A stretch of DNA of 64,000 nt from Nannocystales bacterium (GTDB lineage: Bacteria > Myxococcota_A > Polyangia > Nannocystales > Nannocystaceae). Location: positions 1 through 64,000 of the forward strand of contig JBOEGF010000007.1 of the NCBI GenBank assembly GCA_050633305.1, in the 5' to 3' direction. How positions within the stretch are numbered: position 1 is the stretch's first letter; each line of letters opens with the position of its first letter. This document shows positions 16,272 through 26,875 of the stretch, one piece after another. The notes beneath the pieces are model-generated. The model was not told where the DNA came from. It saw only the letters and a list, made by a program, of their open reading frames with translations, and did not search any database. The position numbers and the translations under genes were made by a program.

Positions 16272-16338
16272 CCGCACGGACGTCGATCCTACCCCGAAAC
16301 GCGCCTGGCCGTCCTCGGGCTGATACCCTGCGCCGGTG

Positions 16339-17820
16339 ATGCGAGCCGAACGCGGCATCTGGGCGCTCACAGCGGTCGGGGCCCTGCTGATGGGGTGCGG
16401 AGCGGACTCGGGTCCTTCGGCCTGGATCGATGCCCGAGCCTCTGTGGTGCGTTGCACGTCGGCAGGGCGAGATCGCATGCCGCCGGTGCTGCTGGACGTC
16501 CCCGCGCCGGAACCCCCAACGGGGCTCTACGCCCGCATGCTCGACCCGATGGCCCTCGACGACCTGGGGTTCGAGCGTGATTCCGTCGCCTGCGCGATGT
16601 TGTTGCCCACCGAGCCCGACACCGAGGGCACGGTCGCGTCGTTGTTCTCGGTTCGTGCGAAGGCTGGACGCGCCGCGGTTGCGGCTGGAGGATTCTGTGC
16701 GTGTGAGGCTGCCTCCCAGCTCGACGCACGGCCACTTCTGCCCCAGTGTTTTGATCGTGCGACGCGGTCCAACTGCGAGGTTGACGAACTGGTCCCAGCC
16801 GTGGAGGAGGCGCTCGAGCCCGTCTACGCTGCGCTCGCGGCCACCAAGCCACCGTTGGTCCATTGGAGGCTCGTCGGAAAGTTCGACCGTCCCGGATGGT
16901 TCGTGCGCCAACAGTCCCTCCTCGCGGAACGGCACGACGGAGGGTCGTCGATCTTCGTCAAGGGCCAGGCGGTGCCCCGGCGCGGCAACGGTGCGTTGCT
17001 CAAGGCGTTGCTCGAGGAGGACGACGTGGTCGCGGTGGCTCGGCAGAACAGTGGGCTGGCAGTGTTGGTTGTTCGCGAGATCGGCAAGACGCTGGTGCTG
17101 GACCACTTCGCGTACCCGGCCGTCAGCGGTGAGGCTGTCCCGCTGCTGCCCTACATCGACAATGCGGCGATCGGCCGCTATCGCTCCCTTCTGGCCAAGC
17201 CCACCGAGACCCGGAAGCTTCGCGTGGAGCCGGGCAAGGGCAACATGGTCGAGGTGGACTTCTCCCATCTCGAGACGTTCGATGCGGCGCTGTCCAGCGG
17301 CGCCATGTTGGCCGGCGTCGAGCCCGTGGACCCCCGCAGTGTTCCGGACCGCCGAGTGGAGCTGGCCGTCGCCCAAGCTCCGTTCGGAAAGCAAGGGCGG
17401 CAGCTCGATGTTCGCATCGAGCTGACCAGCGCTGGGACGCAATGGGCCCAGCTGCTGACGTCCTCGGACTTGCTGCCGGGTCTCGATTCGCTGGAGCTCG
17501 CCCCGGTTGAAGCGCTGCCTCCGATGCAGAGCAAGCTTCCTTTCCTCGTTGCCGGGACTCCGCTGGAGGAGGACGTCGTCTACGGACTCGAGCAGGTGCC
17601 CGCGCTGATGAGCGACGTCGAGTCGCGCTACCCCGGAGCCATCGCTGGCGACGGGCGCGCGTGGAGTTTTGCGATGCCCCTGTCGGACCTCTCGGAGGTG
17701 CTCTCCGAGTCGGCCCGGTTCAACGGGCTGCGCAGCGCCTTTGCCGAGCGCGAATACTCGGTCGAGGTGACCGTCGCCAGTGAAGGCGATGCCCTCGTGG
17801 CGACGATCGCTCCCAAGTAG
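16339..17820 (+). CDS. Hypothetical lipoprotein
   Basis: Lipobox LLMGC. Long ORF with GC-rich third codon positions. Confidence 0.75.
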   Translation: MRAERGIWALTAVGALLMGCGADSGPSAWIDARASVVRCTSAGRDRMPPVLLDVPAPEPPTGLYARMLDPMALDDLGFERDSVACAMLLPTEPDTEGTVASLFSVRAKAGRAAVAAGGFCACEAASQLDARPLLPQCFDRATRSNCEVDELVPAVEEALEPVYAALAATKPPLVHWRLVGKFDRPGWFVRQQSLLAERHDGGSSIFVKGQAVPRRGNGALLKALLEEDDVVAVARQNSGLAVLVVREIGKTLVLDHFAYPAVSGEAVPLLPYIDNAAIGRYRSLLAKPTETRKLRVEPGKGNMVEVDFSHLETFDAALSSGAMLAGVEPVDPRSVPDRRVELAVAQAPFGKQGRQLDVRIELTSAGTQWAQLLTSSDLLPGLDSLELAPVEALPPMQSKLPFLVAGTPLEEDVVYGLEQVPALMSDVESRYPGAIAGDGRAWSFAMPLSDLSEVLSESARFNGLRSAFAEREYSVEVTVASEGDALVATIAPK

Positions 17821-17847
17821 GACCTGCTTCGGGGTGCCGCCCGGTGA

Positions 17848-19278
17848 TCAGGGCAGGACCGCGTCGACGACGTTCACTGGTCGATCGGCGGGACCCATCT
17901 TGTAGTCCAGGCCGAAGCCCTGCTGCACGATCGTATTGTAGACGTCGAGCGCCTCGGCGTTGGCATCGACGAGCTCCCCGGAACGCAGTCGTCCGCCTGC
18001 GGGGGAGAAGGCATGGAAGATGCCGCTGAGTTCTCGCTCGACATCGTTGTGGCGGCCATCGCCGGACTCGGTCGAGATCGAGACCAGCGCGTTGTGCAGG
18101 ATGGTCTGGCCGTTGGCGTCGGCGTACGTGGGGTCGTCGAGCCGCTTCATGAAGTAGACCAACTCGCGCATCTTGAGGTGCACGTGCATCCGCAGCTGGA
18201 GGTTCTCCGCGCCCTCGTTGAACTGATGCCAGAACTCGTGGCTACAGCCGGCAGAGCCGCCGGTCCCATGGATCGCCTGGTCGTTGAACTGGTGGAGCAG
18301 CTCACCTTGGTACAGGTAGTCTCCGGTGAGTCGAATGCGCTCGCCCGCGGCGAGGTATGTCATCCCGCCAAAGCGGACGACGTCGCATTGCACTGCCAGC
18401 GCGTAGAGGTCCGACATCAGCCGCCACTCCGAGGTGAGATCCTCGATGGTGATGTCGATGCCGCTGCCGTCGGGGTCCGCCGCGCCCTCGTGCGGGAGCG
18501 TGGAGGGCTGGGGTTCGGGTGGAAGCTCGCACTCGGGCCCTTCGCCGAAGACGCGTTGCTCGTGCTCCCGAATGTTGTCGAGGTGATCTGCGATTCGAGC
18601 CCTGGATGCCTGCCCCAGGTTGCTGGCATCGCTCATCATGTGTTGGTACTGCGGCAGCACCGAGTCGAGGATGCTTCGCTTCTGCCGCAGGTTCTTCTCT
18701 TCGTCCGGGTCGTTGGAATCGGGAAGGCCGCTGCCGAAGATGCGCTCAAACAGAGCCGTGGGGCGCTCGATCGGAAGGTCGGCAGGCGAGCCGTCCTCGT
18801 TCCACGAGTGCAGGTAGCGCCCAGGGCGGCTGCGCCGGAACCAGGTCCCCGCGAGCAGCGTCGGGATGACACCCGGAGGTTGTCCATCGGGATGCAGCTG
18901 TCGACGGATGACCTGATCGATCGAAGGGCCTCCGGCTTGGACTTCTCCCTCGGAGGGGATCGCGTTGAACGAGACGGTGGCCCCGTCGTAGTGCGCGTTG
19001 GCCCCGGGAATGTCCCCGCGGACTTGGTCGACGCCCCGGACGATCAGGAGGTTGTCGATGACTTCACTGAGTGGCTCGAGGGGTCCCGCAAACCCTTCGG
19101 TCTGCAACGGCGTCGGACACCCAAGCCCAAAGAAGAGGTTGAACGCACGCGCGGGAGCTTCGTCCCCGCCGCCCCAAACAGAGTTGCTTTGCATCGCCCC
19201 CAGGAGCGGGAGTCCAATCGCAACGCCGCCGGCGCCTCGCAGGAACGTGCGCCGAGGCATGACCTTTCGATACCGCAT
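17848..19278 (-). CDS. DUF1552-family Tat-exported protein
   Basis: RRTFLRGAGGVAIGLPLL, GPSIDQ, P..LFERIFG, SILD.V, DHLDNIRE.E. Confidence 0.9.
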   Translation of the reverse strand: MRYRKVMPRRTFLRGAGGVAIGLPLLGAMQSNSVWGGGDEAPARAFNLFFGLGCPTPLQTEGFAGPLEPLSEVIDNLLIVRGVDQVRGDIPGANAHYDGATVSFNAIPSEGEVQAGGPSIDQVIRRQLHPDGQPPGVIPTLLAGTWFRRSRPGRYLHSWNEDGSPADLPIERPTALFERIFGSGLPDSNDPDEEKNLRQKRSILDSVLPQYQHMMSDASNLGQASRARIADHLDNIREHEQRVFGEGPECELPPEPQPSTLPHEGAADPDGSGIDITIEDLTSEWRLMSDLYALAVQCDVVRFGGMTYLAAGERIRLTGDYLYQGELLHQFNDQAIHGTGGSAGCSHEFWHQFNEGAENLQLRMHVHLKMRELVYFMKRLDDPTYADANGQTILHNALVSISTESGDGRHNDVERELSGIFHAFSPAGGRLRSGELVDANAEALDVYNTIVQQGFGLDYKMGPADRPVNVVDAVLP

Positions 19279-19280
19279 GT

Positions 19281-21002
19281 CTACTCCTCCACCCTCACCG
19301 ACCGGAAGCCGGGGCTAAGTGCGATGGCCACGACGAGGTCTCGCCAGGTGCCGTCGCTCTGTGCAAAGCGCGTCTGCAGTTGTTCCATCGTGCACTCGTC
19401 GGAGCCCGTCAGCGCCCGTCCGATCGCGAACTGCGTGGTCTTGCTGGCCATGCATTCACGTGTGGCGTCCGCCTCGGCCAACAGCGTCATCATCTCGCCG
19501 GCGTTGTCGTACGGGTACTCCTCCGCGGAGCCCGGCAAACGCAGGAAGCCGTCCTCACGCAGCGCGTTGCCCAGGTGGTCCTCGTCGGCGAACGTTCCGT
19601 CCGCCAGATATCGGCCCAGACCCCAGGAGATGGGCTCGAACTGTAGGTGGCAGCCGGCACAAGTCGCGTCGGTCGTGCGGACCTCGGAGATGTCTCTTTG
19701 GGAGCTTCCGGGCTCGATCTCCGGTGGTGTCGTGTCGACCCCCGGTGGTGGCGAAACCGGATGTTGGCAGAGCACGCTCTCGAACACGAACAGGCCGCGA
19801 GCCACCATCGAACTCTCGTTGCCGCCGATGGTGAGCATGCTGCCTTGGGTCAGCAGACCGCCGCGTTCGGGCTGGTTGCTCACGTCGTAGCGTTGGATGC
19901 CTTCGCCTTGCGGCTCCAGGCCGTAGTGCATCGCCAACTCGGGGGTGAGCCAAGCTTCTTGCGCGACGAAGAGATCCATCAACGGGCGGACGTCGTCCCA
20001 GACCAGCGCGCCAAAGAAGCTGTGGGTCTCATCGACCATCGCGTCGGCGATCGCCGTGGTCCAGTCGGGGAACCGTTCCGGGTCCCGGGGCAGGCCGTTG
20101 AGGCGCGCCAGGTTCAGCCAGTCATCGACAAACGCTTCGGATGCATCGCGGGCCTCGGGGGCGGCCAGCATGCGATCGACCTGTGCTTCGATCTCGGCGT
20201 CGGTCCGCAGTGCGTCGTTGCCCGCGGCGTCGAGGAGCGCGGTGTCGGGAGGGCCGGCCCAGATGAGGTAGCTCAGCCGGGTGGCGAGGGCGTAACCGCC
20301 GAGTTCTCGCGCCCCATCGCCAGAGCGTTCGTCCTCCAACCGGTACAAGAACGGTGGGCTTTGCATCATGGCTTGCATGACCAGACCTGCGCCCTCGGCG
20401 AACGACTCGTCTTCGTCTTGCGCTGCGGCGAAGACCGAGACGAGGGCATCGCGTTCGTCCTCGGTCAGGGGGCGGCGGAACGCCCGTAGCCCCAGCCGCT
20501 CGACGAACTCGCTTTCGCAGGCGGGAGTGAACTCTTGGCACGAGGTGTACTCGCCGACGAAACCGGCGAGGTCGGGGATGCGCTCGATGGCCACAGAGGC
20601 GAGCGCGTCATAGGCTTCGATGTGCCCGAGCGTGGTGATGAGGCCACTGGAGGTGTTGGTGAAACCGTCGGCCCGAAGCTCGGGAGGGAGTTGTTCGGTG
20701 GCTTCGGTGCGGACGTCGACGCCGAGGAGTGCCTGCACCGTATTGCCGTACTCGAGCACCGTGAGGCGCCGAGCGAGGTTTGGCCCGGGGTCGAAGACCA
20801 TGCCGTCGCACTCGGCCATGGGCAGATCGGAGTCGTCGGTGTCCCCGGTGTCCTCGCTGTCCGCCGTGTCGCCGGATTCGCCGGAGGCCGTGGGCCCAGC
20901 GGTGGCGCCGTCGGTTCCGGCGTCGATTTGTGACCCGGCGTAGCAACCGGTCAGTGCGAGCCCGGCCATGATGCCGAGTGTGCGATCCCAAGCGTGTCCC
21001 AT
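19281..21002 (-). CDS. DUF1587/1592/1595/1588/1585 lipoprotein with a CxxCH motif
   Basis: LTGC lipobox, RRLT..EY.NTV, RAFRRPL, LATRLSY.IW...PD..L, RGGLLTQGS, CAGCH. Usual partner of DUF1552. Confidence 0.9.
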   Translation of the reverse strand: MGHAWDRTLGIMAGLALTGCYAGSQIDAGTDGATAGPTASGESGDTADSEDTGDTDDSDLPMAECDGMVFDPGPNLARRLTVLEYGNTVQALLGVDVRTEATEQLPPELRADGFTNTSSGLITTLGHIEAYDALASVAIERIPDLAGFVGEYTSCQEFTPACESEFVERLGLRAFRRPLTEDERDALVSVFAAAQDEDESFAEGAGLVMQAMMQSPPFLYRLEDERSGDGARELGGYALATRLSYLIWAGPPDTALLDAAGNDALRTDAEIEAQVDRMLAAPEARDASEAFVDDWLNLARLNGLPRDPERFPDWTTAIADAMVDETHSFFGALVWDDVRPLMDLFVAQEAWLTPELAMHYGLEPQGEGIQRYDVSNQPERGGLLTQGSMLTIGGNESSMVARGLFVFESVLCQHPVSPPPGVDTTPPEIEPGSSQRDISEVRTTDATCAGCHLQFEPISWGLGRYLADGTFADEDHLGNALREDGFLRLPGSAEEYPYDNAGEMMTLLAEADATRECMASKTTQFAIGRALTGSDECTMEQLQTRFAQSDGTWRDLVVAIALSPGFRSVRVEE

Positions 21003-21102
21003 CAGTACTCCCCGGACTCCAGTATGTAGGAGCGGGGAGCTGATGGGTCTGGAGAGTGTGTGGGCGTGGTGACAGGTGCGACTGCCACCGTGGTCGTTTC
21101 GC

Positions 21103-21687
21103 TTACGCGTCCGTCTCGGCGGGTACGGGGGCGTCGTCTTCGGGAGCCTTGGTGGGGCCCTTGGGAGGGGTTGCGGGCGCGGTCTTGAGCGGTCGGGGCT
21201 GAGCGCTCTTGCAGAGCGAGTCGATCAGTTTGCACCCGCGGACCTTCGTCTTGCCCGCGATCCCGTCGAGTTGGGCGAGGTATCGGGCGCTCAGGTCGGC
21301 GTCCCCGGCGAGCTGAAGGACGACGCGATACTCGTCCGACGTGAACAACACGGCCGAGTAGAACTTCTCGACCCCGTCTGGCGCGGTGTAGTCGAAGTCG
21401 AACCGCGTGCCCGCGACACCGTTTTTCGACTTCACCGCCGACTGGCGGGTGAGCGTGTAGCCGCGCTCGCCGAGCTTGTTGACCATGTCCTCGCTCCAAA
21501 AACCGAGGGACCCGCCCTTGACGTTGGACCACACGCGCACGTTCAGGCCGACGTGGTCCGGGGCGATCATCGTCGTGGCGTAGTCGCTTTGGTCCACTTG
21601 AGCGAAACCTTGGGGCGGCTCGAGTTTGTGCGTTGCGCAGGCGGTGGTTGCAGAGGCGATGGCGAGAATCGTGAGCAAGCGTTTCAT
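21103..21687 (-). CDS. Hypothetical lipoprotein
   Basis: Signal peptide ending TTAC. Starts 1 nt after the DUF4349 gene stop. Confidence 0.75.
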   Translation of the reverse strand: MKRLLTILAIASATTACATHKLEPPQGFAQVDQSDYATTMIAPDHVGLNVRVWSNVKGGSLGFWSEDMVNKLGERGYTLTRQSAVKSKNGVAGTRFDFDYTAPDGVEKFYSAVLFTSDEYRVVLQLAGDADLSARYLAQLDGIAGKTKVRGCKLIDSLCKSAQPRPLKTAPATPPKGPTKAPEDDAPVPAETDA

Positions 21688-21688
21688 G

Positions 21689-22627
21689 TCATTTCCACTC
21701 CGTGTCTTCGACGCCGAGGCTGTCGACCCAAGGGAAGGGATCGTTGCTGCTGGGGGTGGGGTTGTGGGGACCCCGCTCGTAGAAGTCGAGGGTGAGGGTG
21801 GAGTAGGCGGTCATGTTGCTGAGTTGGCGCAGGCGGCCCTTGAGGACCTCGAGCTCAGAGGAGACGCGGTCGAGAGCCTCGCGGACCTTCAGCGCTTCTT
21901 CGACCGTGCGGGCCTTTCCCAACAACTCCAGGAGCTGCGCGTGGGTCTTCTCCAAGGCCTTGAGCCGCGATTCGATGTCGGTGAACTCCGCGGTGACATC
22001 CTGCGACTGTAGCCAGCGTCGCTCGACGTTGCCGTAGCCGGCCAGACCGCTCATCACCGGTCTGAGGTTCTTCGAGGGGATGCGAAGCACGACCTGGCTA
22101 TCGGACATGGTCTGCACGTAGCCCCCGTAGCGCTCGGGGAGTGCTTCCGCGGTCTCGAGTGCGTCTTGCAGGTTGAAGACGGCGATGCGCATCCCGGCGG
22201 TGTAGATGATCTGGCGGCCCTCATCGGCTTCGGGAGGTTGCTCATCGGCGGGCTTGGTTTCGACCGAATCTGGGGCGGCGCTGTCCGATCCCCCGGGGGC
22301 AGCTGTGGGTTCGGCGGGGGGGCTCGAAGGTGCGCTTTCCGCCTGGCTCTTGTCGGCCCGCGAACCGAACAGGCGTCGTCGCTCTCGGCGTTTGAACACT
22401 GCCGAATCCGATGCAACGACGGGCTCGGGCTCCGCCTCCATCGCGCGCATGGGTGCGTAGTCGTCCTCGGCATAGCCGCCGCCGTCCATCGACTCTTCGG
22501 AATAGTCTCGTTCTGCCCCGGAGTATCCGGCGTCCATCGCGGGGGCCATGGACTTCTTGCAGGCGGGCAGACCGACCAACATGCAGGCCAGCACCATCCA
22601 GGCTGAAGGTCTCGTTATGGTCATCAT
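21689..22627 (-). CDS. DUF4349-domain lipoprotein
   Basis: LPAC lipobox, RQIIYTA, LRIP, QDVT.EF.DIESRL, coiled coil, YSTLTL. Confidence 0.85.
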   Translation of the reverse strand: MMTITRPSAWMVLACMLVGLPACKKSMAPAMDAGYSGAERDYSEESMDGGGYAEDDYAPMRAMEAEPEPVVASDSAVFKRRERRRLFGSRADKSQAESAPSSPPAEPTAAPGGSDSAAPDSVETKPADEQPPEADEGRQIIYTAGMRIAVFNLQDALETAEALPERYGGYVQTMSDSQVVLRIPSKNLRPVMSGLAGYGNVERRWLQSQDVTAEFTDIESRLKALEKTHAQLLELLGKARTVEEALKVREALDRVSSELEVLKGRLRQLSNMTAYSTLTLDFYERGPHNPTPSSNDPFPWVDSLGVEDTEWK

Positions 22628-22728
22628 GGGATTCGTCTCCCCGAACGCCTGCAATCGCAAAGCCCTTACAGCGCTCGGAAAAAACCTCGGGATTGCTCGA
22701 ATCCCGGGTGTCCGGTACTTCATGCGGC

Positions 22729-24195
22729 GTGGACTTCCGCGCAATTGCTGGGATTTCTGTCGTCCTGACGCTCGGGTGCAAGCCGGGCCCTGCTCCGGAA
22801 ACACCGGCTCCTCCCGAGCCGCCGACCGAGACCGCTCCGGCCGCGGCGGCGCAGACCGAGTCTCCCCCCGCCGCTTCGGTTGTGGCGGTGGAGCAGCCTC
22901 CGAGCTGGGCGGCGGATGCCGCAGAGAAGATCTTCGCTGCAGCGCACGGCAAGACCCGCGGTTGGGATCGGCTTGCCGAGATGACCGACCTCTATGGTCA
23001 CCGGCTCAGTGGCTCTCAGGCGCTCGAGGACTCCATCGGCTGGACGCTCGACACGATGAGAGCCGACGGACAGGAGAACGTTCGCAAAGAGAAGGTCATG
23101 GTGCCGCACTGGGTGCGTGGCAAGGAGTCCTTGCGCATGGCCAGCCCCGTCCGCCGCGATCTCACGATGATCGGGCTGGGCATGAGCGTGGGTACCCGAG
23201 GAACCCTGACCCGCGAGGTCATTGTCGTGGATCACGTCGAGGCCATCGCCAAGCTCGACGACAACGCGGCCAAGGGCAAGATCGTCCTGATCAACCAAGT
23301 GATGCCCCCCTACGATCCGCAGACGGGCGACAGCCACTATGGCGACACCGTCCAGTCTCGGACCCGCGGCGCGTCCGAAGCCGCCAAGAAGGGGGCCGAT
23401 GCGGTTCTCGTTCGGTCCGTGACGGCGCACTCGCTCGACACGCCGCATACCGGCACGTTGGTCTACGCGGATGGCGTCCGTAAGATCCCGGCTGCAGCGG
23501 TCACGGTCGAGGCCGCCGAGTTCCTGTCCCGGACGTCCAAGCGCGGCCCCGTGAAGGTCTCGTTGAAGATGGGGGCGAAGCTGCTGCCCGACGCCGCGAG
23601 CGGCAACGCCATCGCGGAGATCGTGGGGCGCGAGAAACCCGAGGAGGTCGTCGTGATCGGTGGCCATATCGACTCTTGGGACGTCGGGGATGGCAGCAGC
23701 GATGATGGAGCCGGTTGTATGGCTGCGATGGAGGCCGCGCTTCTGATTCGCGAGGCTGGTCTCCAACCCCGACGCACGATTCGGGTGGTGCTGTTCACCA
23801 ACGAAGAGAACGGGCTCCGTGGCGGGCTGGGCTACTTCGACGCCCACGGGACCGAGCCGCATGTCGGTGCGATCGAGAGCGATTCGGGCATGGGGGCGCC
23901 AACCGGGTTCTCGCTCGCCGGGGACGATGCGGACGCCTTCGCCGCGCTACAGGTCTACCAGCCCCTGTTCTCTGCCTTGGGCGATCTCTCGGTCATTCAA
24001 GGGTGGGGCGGTGCGGACATCAGCCCGTTGACGAAGAACGGCGTGTTGTCGATGGCGCTGCGCCCCGACGCCAGCCACTACTTCGATCTGCACCACAGCC
24101 CCGCCGACACGATCGAGAAGATCGACCCCGCGCACATCGAGGGCAACGCGGCCGCGATGGCGTTGATGGCCTACATCTTGGCCGAGCGGGAGTAG
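22729..24195 (+). CDS. M28 metallopeptidase (carboxypeptidase Q-like) lipoprotein
   Basis: GHRLSGS, PA domain, GGHIDSWDVG, DDGAG, NEENGL.GG, ESDSG, HHSPADT. Confidence 0.92.
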   Translation: MDFRAIAGISVVLTLGCKPGPAPETPAPPEPPTETAPAAAAQTESPPAASVVAVEQPPSWAADAAEKIFAAAHGKTRGWDRLAEMTDLYGHRLSGSQALEDSIGWTLDTMRADGQENVRKEKVMVPHWVRGKESLRMASPVRRDLTMIGLGMSVGTRGTLTREVIVVDHVEAIAKLDDNAAKGKIVLINQVMPPYDPQTGDSHYGDTVQSRTRGASEAAKKGADAVLVRSVTAHSLDTPHTGTLVYADGVRKIPAAAVTVEAAEFLSRTSKRGPVKVSLKMGAKLLPDAASGNAIAEIVGREKPEEVVVIGGHIDSWDVGDGSSDDGAGCMAAMEAALLIREAGLQPRRTIRVVLFTNEENGLRGGLGYFDAHGTEPHVGAIESDSGMGAPTGFSLAGDDADAFAALQVYQPLFSALGDLSVIQGWGGADISPLTKNGVLSMALRPDASHYFDLHHSPADTIEKIDPAHIEGNAAAMALMAYILAERE

Positions 24196-24209
24196 GCCAG
24201 CGCGCTCCG

Positions 24210-24923
24210 CTACCGGATCTGGATGATCCGGTCCTCGTCTTGGCACCACGCGGTGAGCGGACCGCCGTAGACGCACCCCGAGTCGAGGCCGAGCGCGCGC
24301 TCGTTGCGGTAGTGTCCGCGTCGGGCCCAATGCCCGTGCACGATGAGGGTGTCCTGTGAGACCAGGTCGTCCCACGGCCAGTAGCCTTCGGGGCAGCCTT
24401 CGGGGCCGCGGTCGTACTTGACCCGGTTGCCCTGCGCGTCGCAACAACGCACGCGCGTCGCAAAGCTGACCTCTTCAGACTCGAGCCAATCATCGTCATG
24501 GGGGCCGGCGTTGACCCGGGCGGCCGCCGCGTGCAGGTCGGCCCACTGGGGATGGACCCCGCCGTGCACGAGCCACGCATCCGGCCCATCGCCGGCACTC
24601 GGGAGGTGCGCCAGCACCGGGAGTTCCCTCAGTCGCGCGAGGAGTTCGTCGGCGTTCGCGTCGTCGTAGAGGCCTTGCAACGTGTCGCGCTTGCGAGGCC
24701 AACGGCCGGAGCGTGCGCACAATGTGTAGACCTCGTGGTTTCCCAAGACGCCCTTTCCACCCACGTCACGCCAGAGCTTCGCTGTAGCTGCGCTGTCTGG
24801 GCCGCGGTTGACGAGATCGCCCGCGCTCCACAGTTGATCCTCGGCCGGATCGAAGCGAACGAACTGGAGCAGTCGCTCGAGTTCGCGGGCACAACCCTGC
24901 ACGTCTCCGACGACGTAGCGCAT
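24210..24923 (-). CDS. apaH: ApaH-like symmetrical diadenosine tetraphosphatase (metallophosphoesterase)
   Basis: GDVQGC, GDLVNRGPDS, LGNHE, VHGG, GHWA, LDSGCVYGGPLTA. Confidence 0.85.
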   Translation of the reverse strand: MRYVVGDVQGCARELERLLQFVRFDPAEDQLWSAGDLVNRGPDSAATAKLWRDVGGKGVLGNHEVYTLCARSGRWPRKRDTLQGLYDDANADELLARLRELPVLAHLPSAGDGPDAWLVHGGVHPQWADLHAAAARVNAGPHDDDWLESEEVSFATRVRCCDAQGNRVKYDRGPEGCPEGYWPWDDLVSQDTLIVHGHWARRGHYRNERALGLDSGCVYGGPLTAWCQDEDRIIQIR

Positions 24924-24959
24924 CGCCTGCACGCTATCCCCTGCTACGCTCCGCGTCAC

Positions 24960-25739
24960 GTGGAGGCACTCCTGCAATCTTTGCCTCCGGGGGCGACGTG
25001 GGCGCTGTTGGCCCTGGGCTCCGCACTCGCGGCGATCGTCAACACGATGGCGGGCGGGGGCTCTTTGTTGGTGCTGCCGCTCCTGTTGGCCGTGGGGTTG
25101 CCGCCGGGGGTGGCCAACGGAACCCTGCGCGCAGGCGTGTTGGTGCAGAGCTTCAGCGCCGTCGCGACATTTCACCGCAAGGGCGAGAGACCTTACCGGC
25201 TTGTCGCCAAGCTGGCGCTGCCGATCGTCGTCGGAGCCGGTGGCGGAACCTTCCTCGCGACGCGGCTGGATGATGCGTTGTTGTTGCCCATCATCGGCGT
25301 CCTGCTCGCCGGGTGGGCGATCGTGTTGCTGCTGCGCCCTGCACGGTTCCTCGAATCACAAGGGGAGCCTCGCGACCCGAGCCTGAAGACCTACCTCGCC
25401 GCGGTGGGTGTGGGGTTCTACGGCGGCTTTCTGCAGGTGGCGGTTGGGTTCCCGCTCCTGGCGTTGTTGACGATGGGAGTCGGGCTCTCGGCGGTCCAAG
25501 CCAATGCGGTCAAGGTCACCTTGGTGCTCGTCTACACGCTGGTCTCGCTCCCGATCTTTGCGATCGCCGGGCAGCTGGCGTGGGTCGAGGGTCTCGCGCT
25601 GGCGGGCGGCGGGCTGGTGGGGGGTTGGTTGGGTGCGCGTTGGCAGCTGCGGTCGGGCGCTGGCGTGGTGCGGTGGTTCGTCGTCATCACGGCGACGGTC
25701 AGCGGGCTCGGCATGGTGTGGCGCAGTCTCGTCTCCTGA
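24960..25739 (+). CDS. TauE/SafE-family (sulfite exporter-like) membrane protein
   Basis: NTMAGGGSLL, ANGT.R, GFYGGFLQ, ANAVK; multiple TM helices. Confidence 0.88.
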   Translation: MEALLQSLPPGATWALLALGSALAAIVNTMAGGGSLLVLPLLLAVGLPPGVANGTLRAGVLVQSFSAVATFHRKGERPYRLVAKLALPIVVGAGGGTFLATRLDDALLLPIIGVLLAGWAIVLLLRPARFLESQGEPRDPSLKTYLAAVGVGFYGGFLQVAVGFPLLALLTMGVGLSAVQANAVKVTLVLVYTLVSLPIFAIAGQLAWVEGLALAGGGLVGGWLGARWQLRSGAGVVRWFVVITATVSGLGMVWRSLVS

Positions 25740-25815
25740 TCGTGCCTCGCCGACGAACCAATGAAAAACGTCGCCCCAGCGGCTGCTGAAGCGACGTTCG
25801 AGAGGCCCCGGGTGA

Positions 25816-26460
25816 CTAGACGACGATGAGTCCGCGTTGGACGGCTCGGACGACGGCTTCAGTGCGGGTTGCAGCGTCCATCTTCGAGAGGATGGCGCCA
25901 ATGTGGAACTTGGCGGTGTGGCTGCTGATGCCGAGCTTGGAGGCGATCTGCTTGTTGCTCAGGCCCACCGCGAGGAGCTCGAGGACGTCCTGTTCCCGCG
26001 GGGTGAGGGTGGCAGTTGCACGGGTGGCGGTGGGGGACCCGGTCCGCGATGGGGTGTCGAGGAGCTCGGGGTCGATGACCTTGAGGCCCTGCTTGACCGA
26101 GTCGATGGCGCTTCGCAGCGCGTCCCCGGAGACGTTGCGGCGCAGCACGCCAGCGGCTCCCGCGGAGACGAGCGGAAGAGCCTTGGCATCGGCCGGCGCG
26201 AGGGCGATGACCGGGGCGCCGACCGTGTCAAAGCGAAAGCCCGGTCCACCAGAGGTGGACGGTCCGAGGTCCCACAGGACCACTTCGGCACCCATTCGCG
26301 TCGCGGCCTCCGCGGCAGCGGCGGCCGAGGACTCGGAGGCTCGGCCCCGCACTCGGCGCACCACGGACTCGCGAACGAGGGGATCCTCGCCCACGACCAA
26401 GGTGCGTACTGTGGGAGCGCCAAGCTCCTGGAGGGGATCTGGATTCGAGTGCAGTTGCAT
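25816..26460 (-). CDS. NarL/LuxR-type regulator with an atypical receiver domain
   Basis: LTPREQDVLELLAVGLSNKQIA..LGIS.HTAKFH; degenerate N-terminal receiver. Confidence 0.9.
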   Translation of the reverse strand: MQLHSNPDPLQELGAPTVRTLVVGEDPLVRESVVRRVRGRASESSAAAAAEAATRMGAEVVLWDLGPSTSGGPGFRFDTVGAPVIALAPADAKALPLVSAGAAGVLRRNVSGDALRSAIDSVKQGLKVIDPELLDTPSRTGSPTATRATATLTPREQDVLELLAVGLSNKQIASKLGISSHTAKFHIGAILSKMDAATRTEAVVRAVQRGLIVV

Positions 26461-26875
26461 CGGGGCCTTCTGGGCGGTCACTGTGGGTCGGATCGGCGAC
26501 TCGTCAACCGCTGAGCCAACCAGAGCAGTGGCGAACCCCTCTGAGACGGCCGCTAGGGCCCGCCTAGAGGCCAGGAAAAAAGATGCACCGCCTCCCCGAA
26601 CAGCCCGGTTCGGAGCCCTCCGAGCGCCCCACGATGTCGGTCCTTGGGAACGCACCGGTCCTGAAAACGGTCGGATTATGCGTCCTTTCCTAGGGTTGGC
26701 AGCGGCGAAAGCAGCCTCATGATAGGCCCATCGCAGCTCCGATCCGATGCGCGAGTCGCGTTCCGACTCGCCCCACTGCGTCAGAAGGCTACATGTGCCG
26801 TGTTACCGAACACATGCGGCACGTGCACCCGTAACCCTGGGACGGTCCTCGCCGTCCGATCGAAAGAGAGTCGCC

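Noticed and set aside
17848..21002. DUF1592/DUF1552 pair as a novel system
   Set aside because: This is a widespread multi-copy pair in myxobacteria and planctomycetes. It is uncharacterised, but nothing is unusual about this copy.
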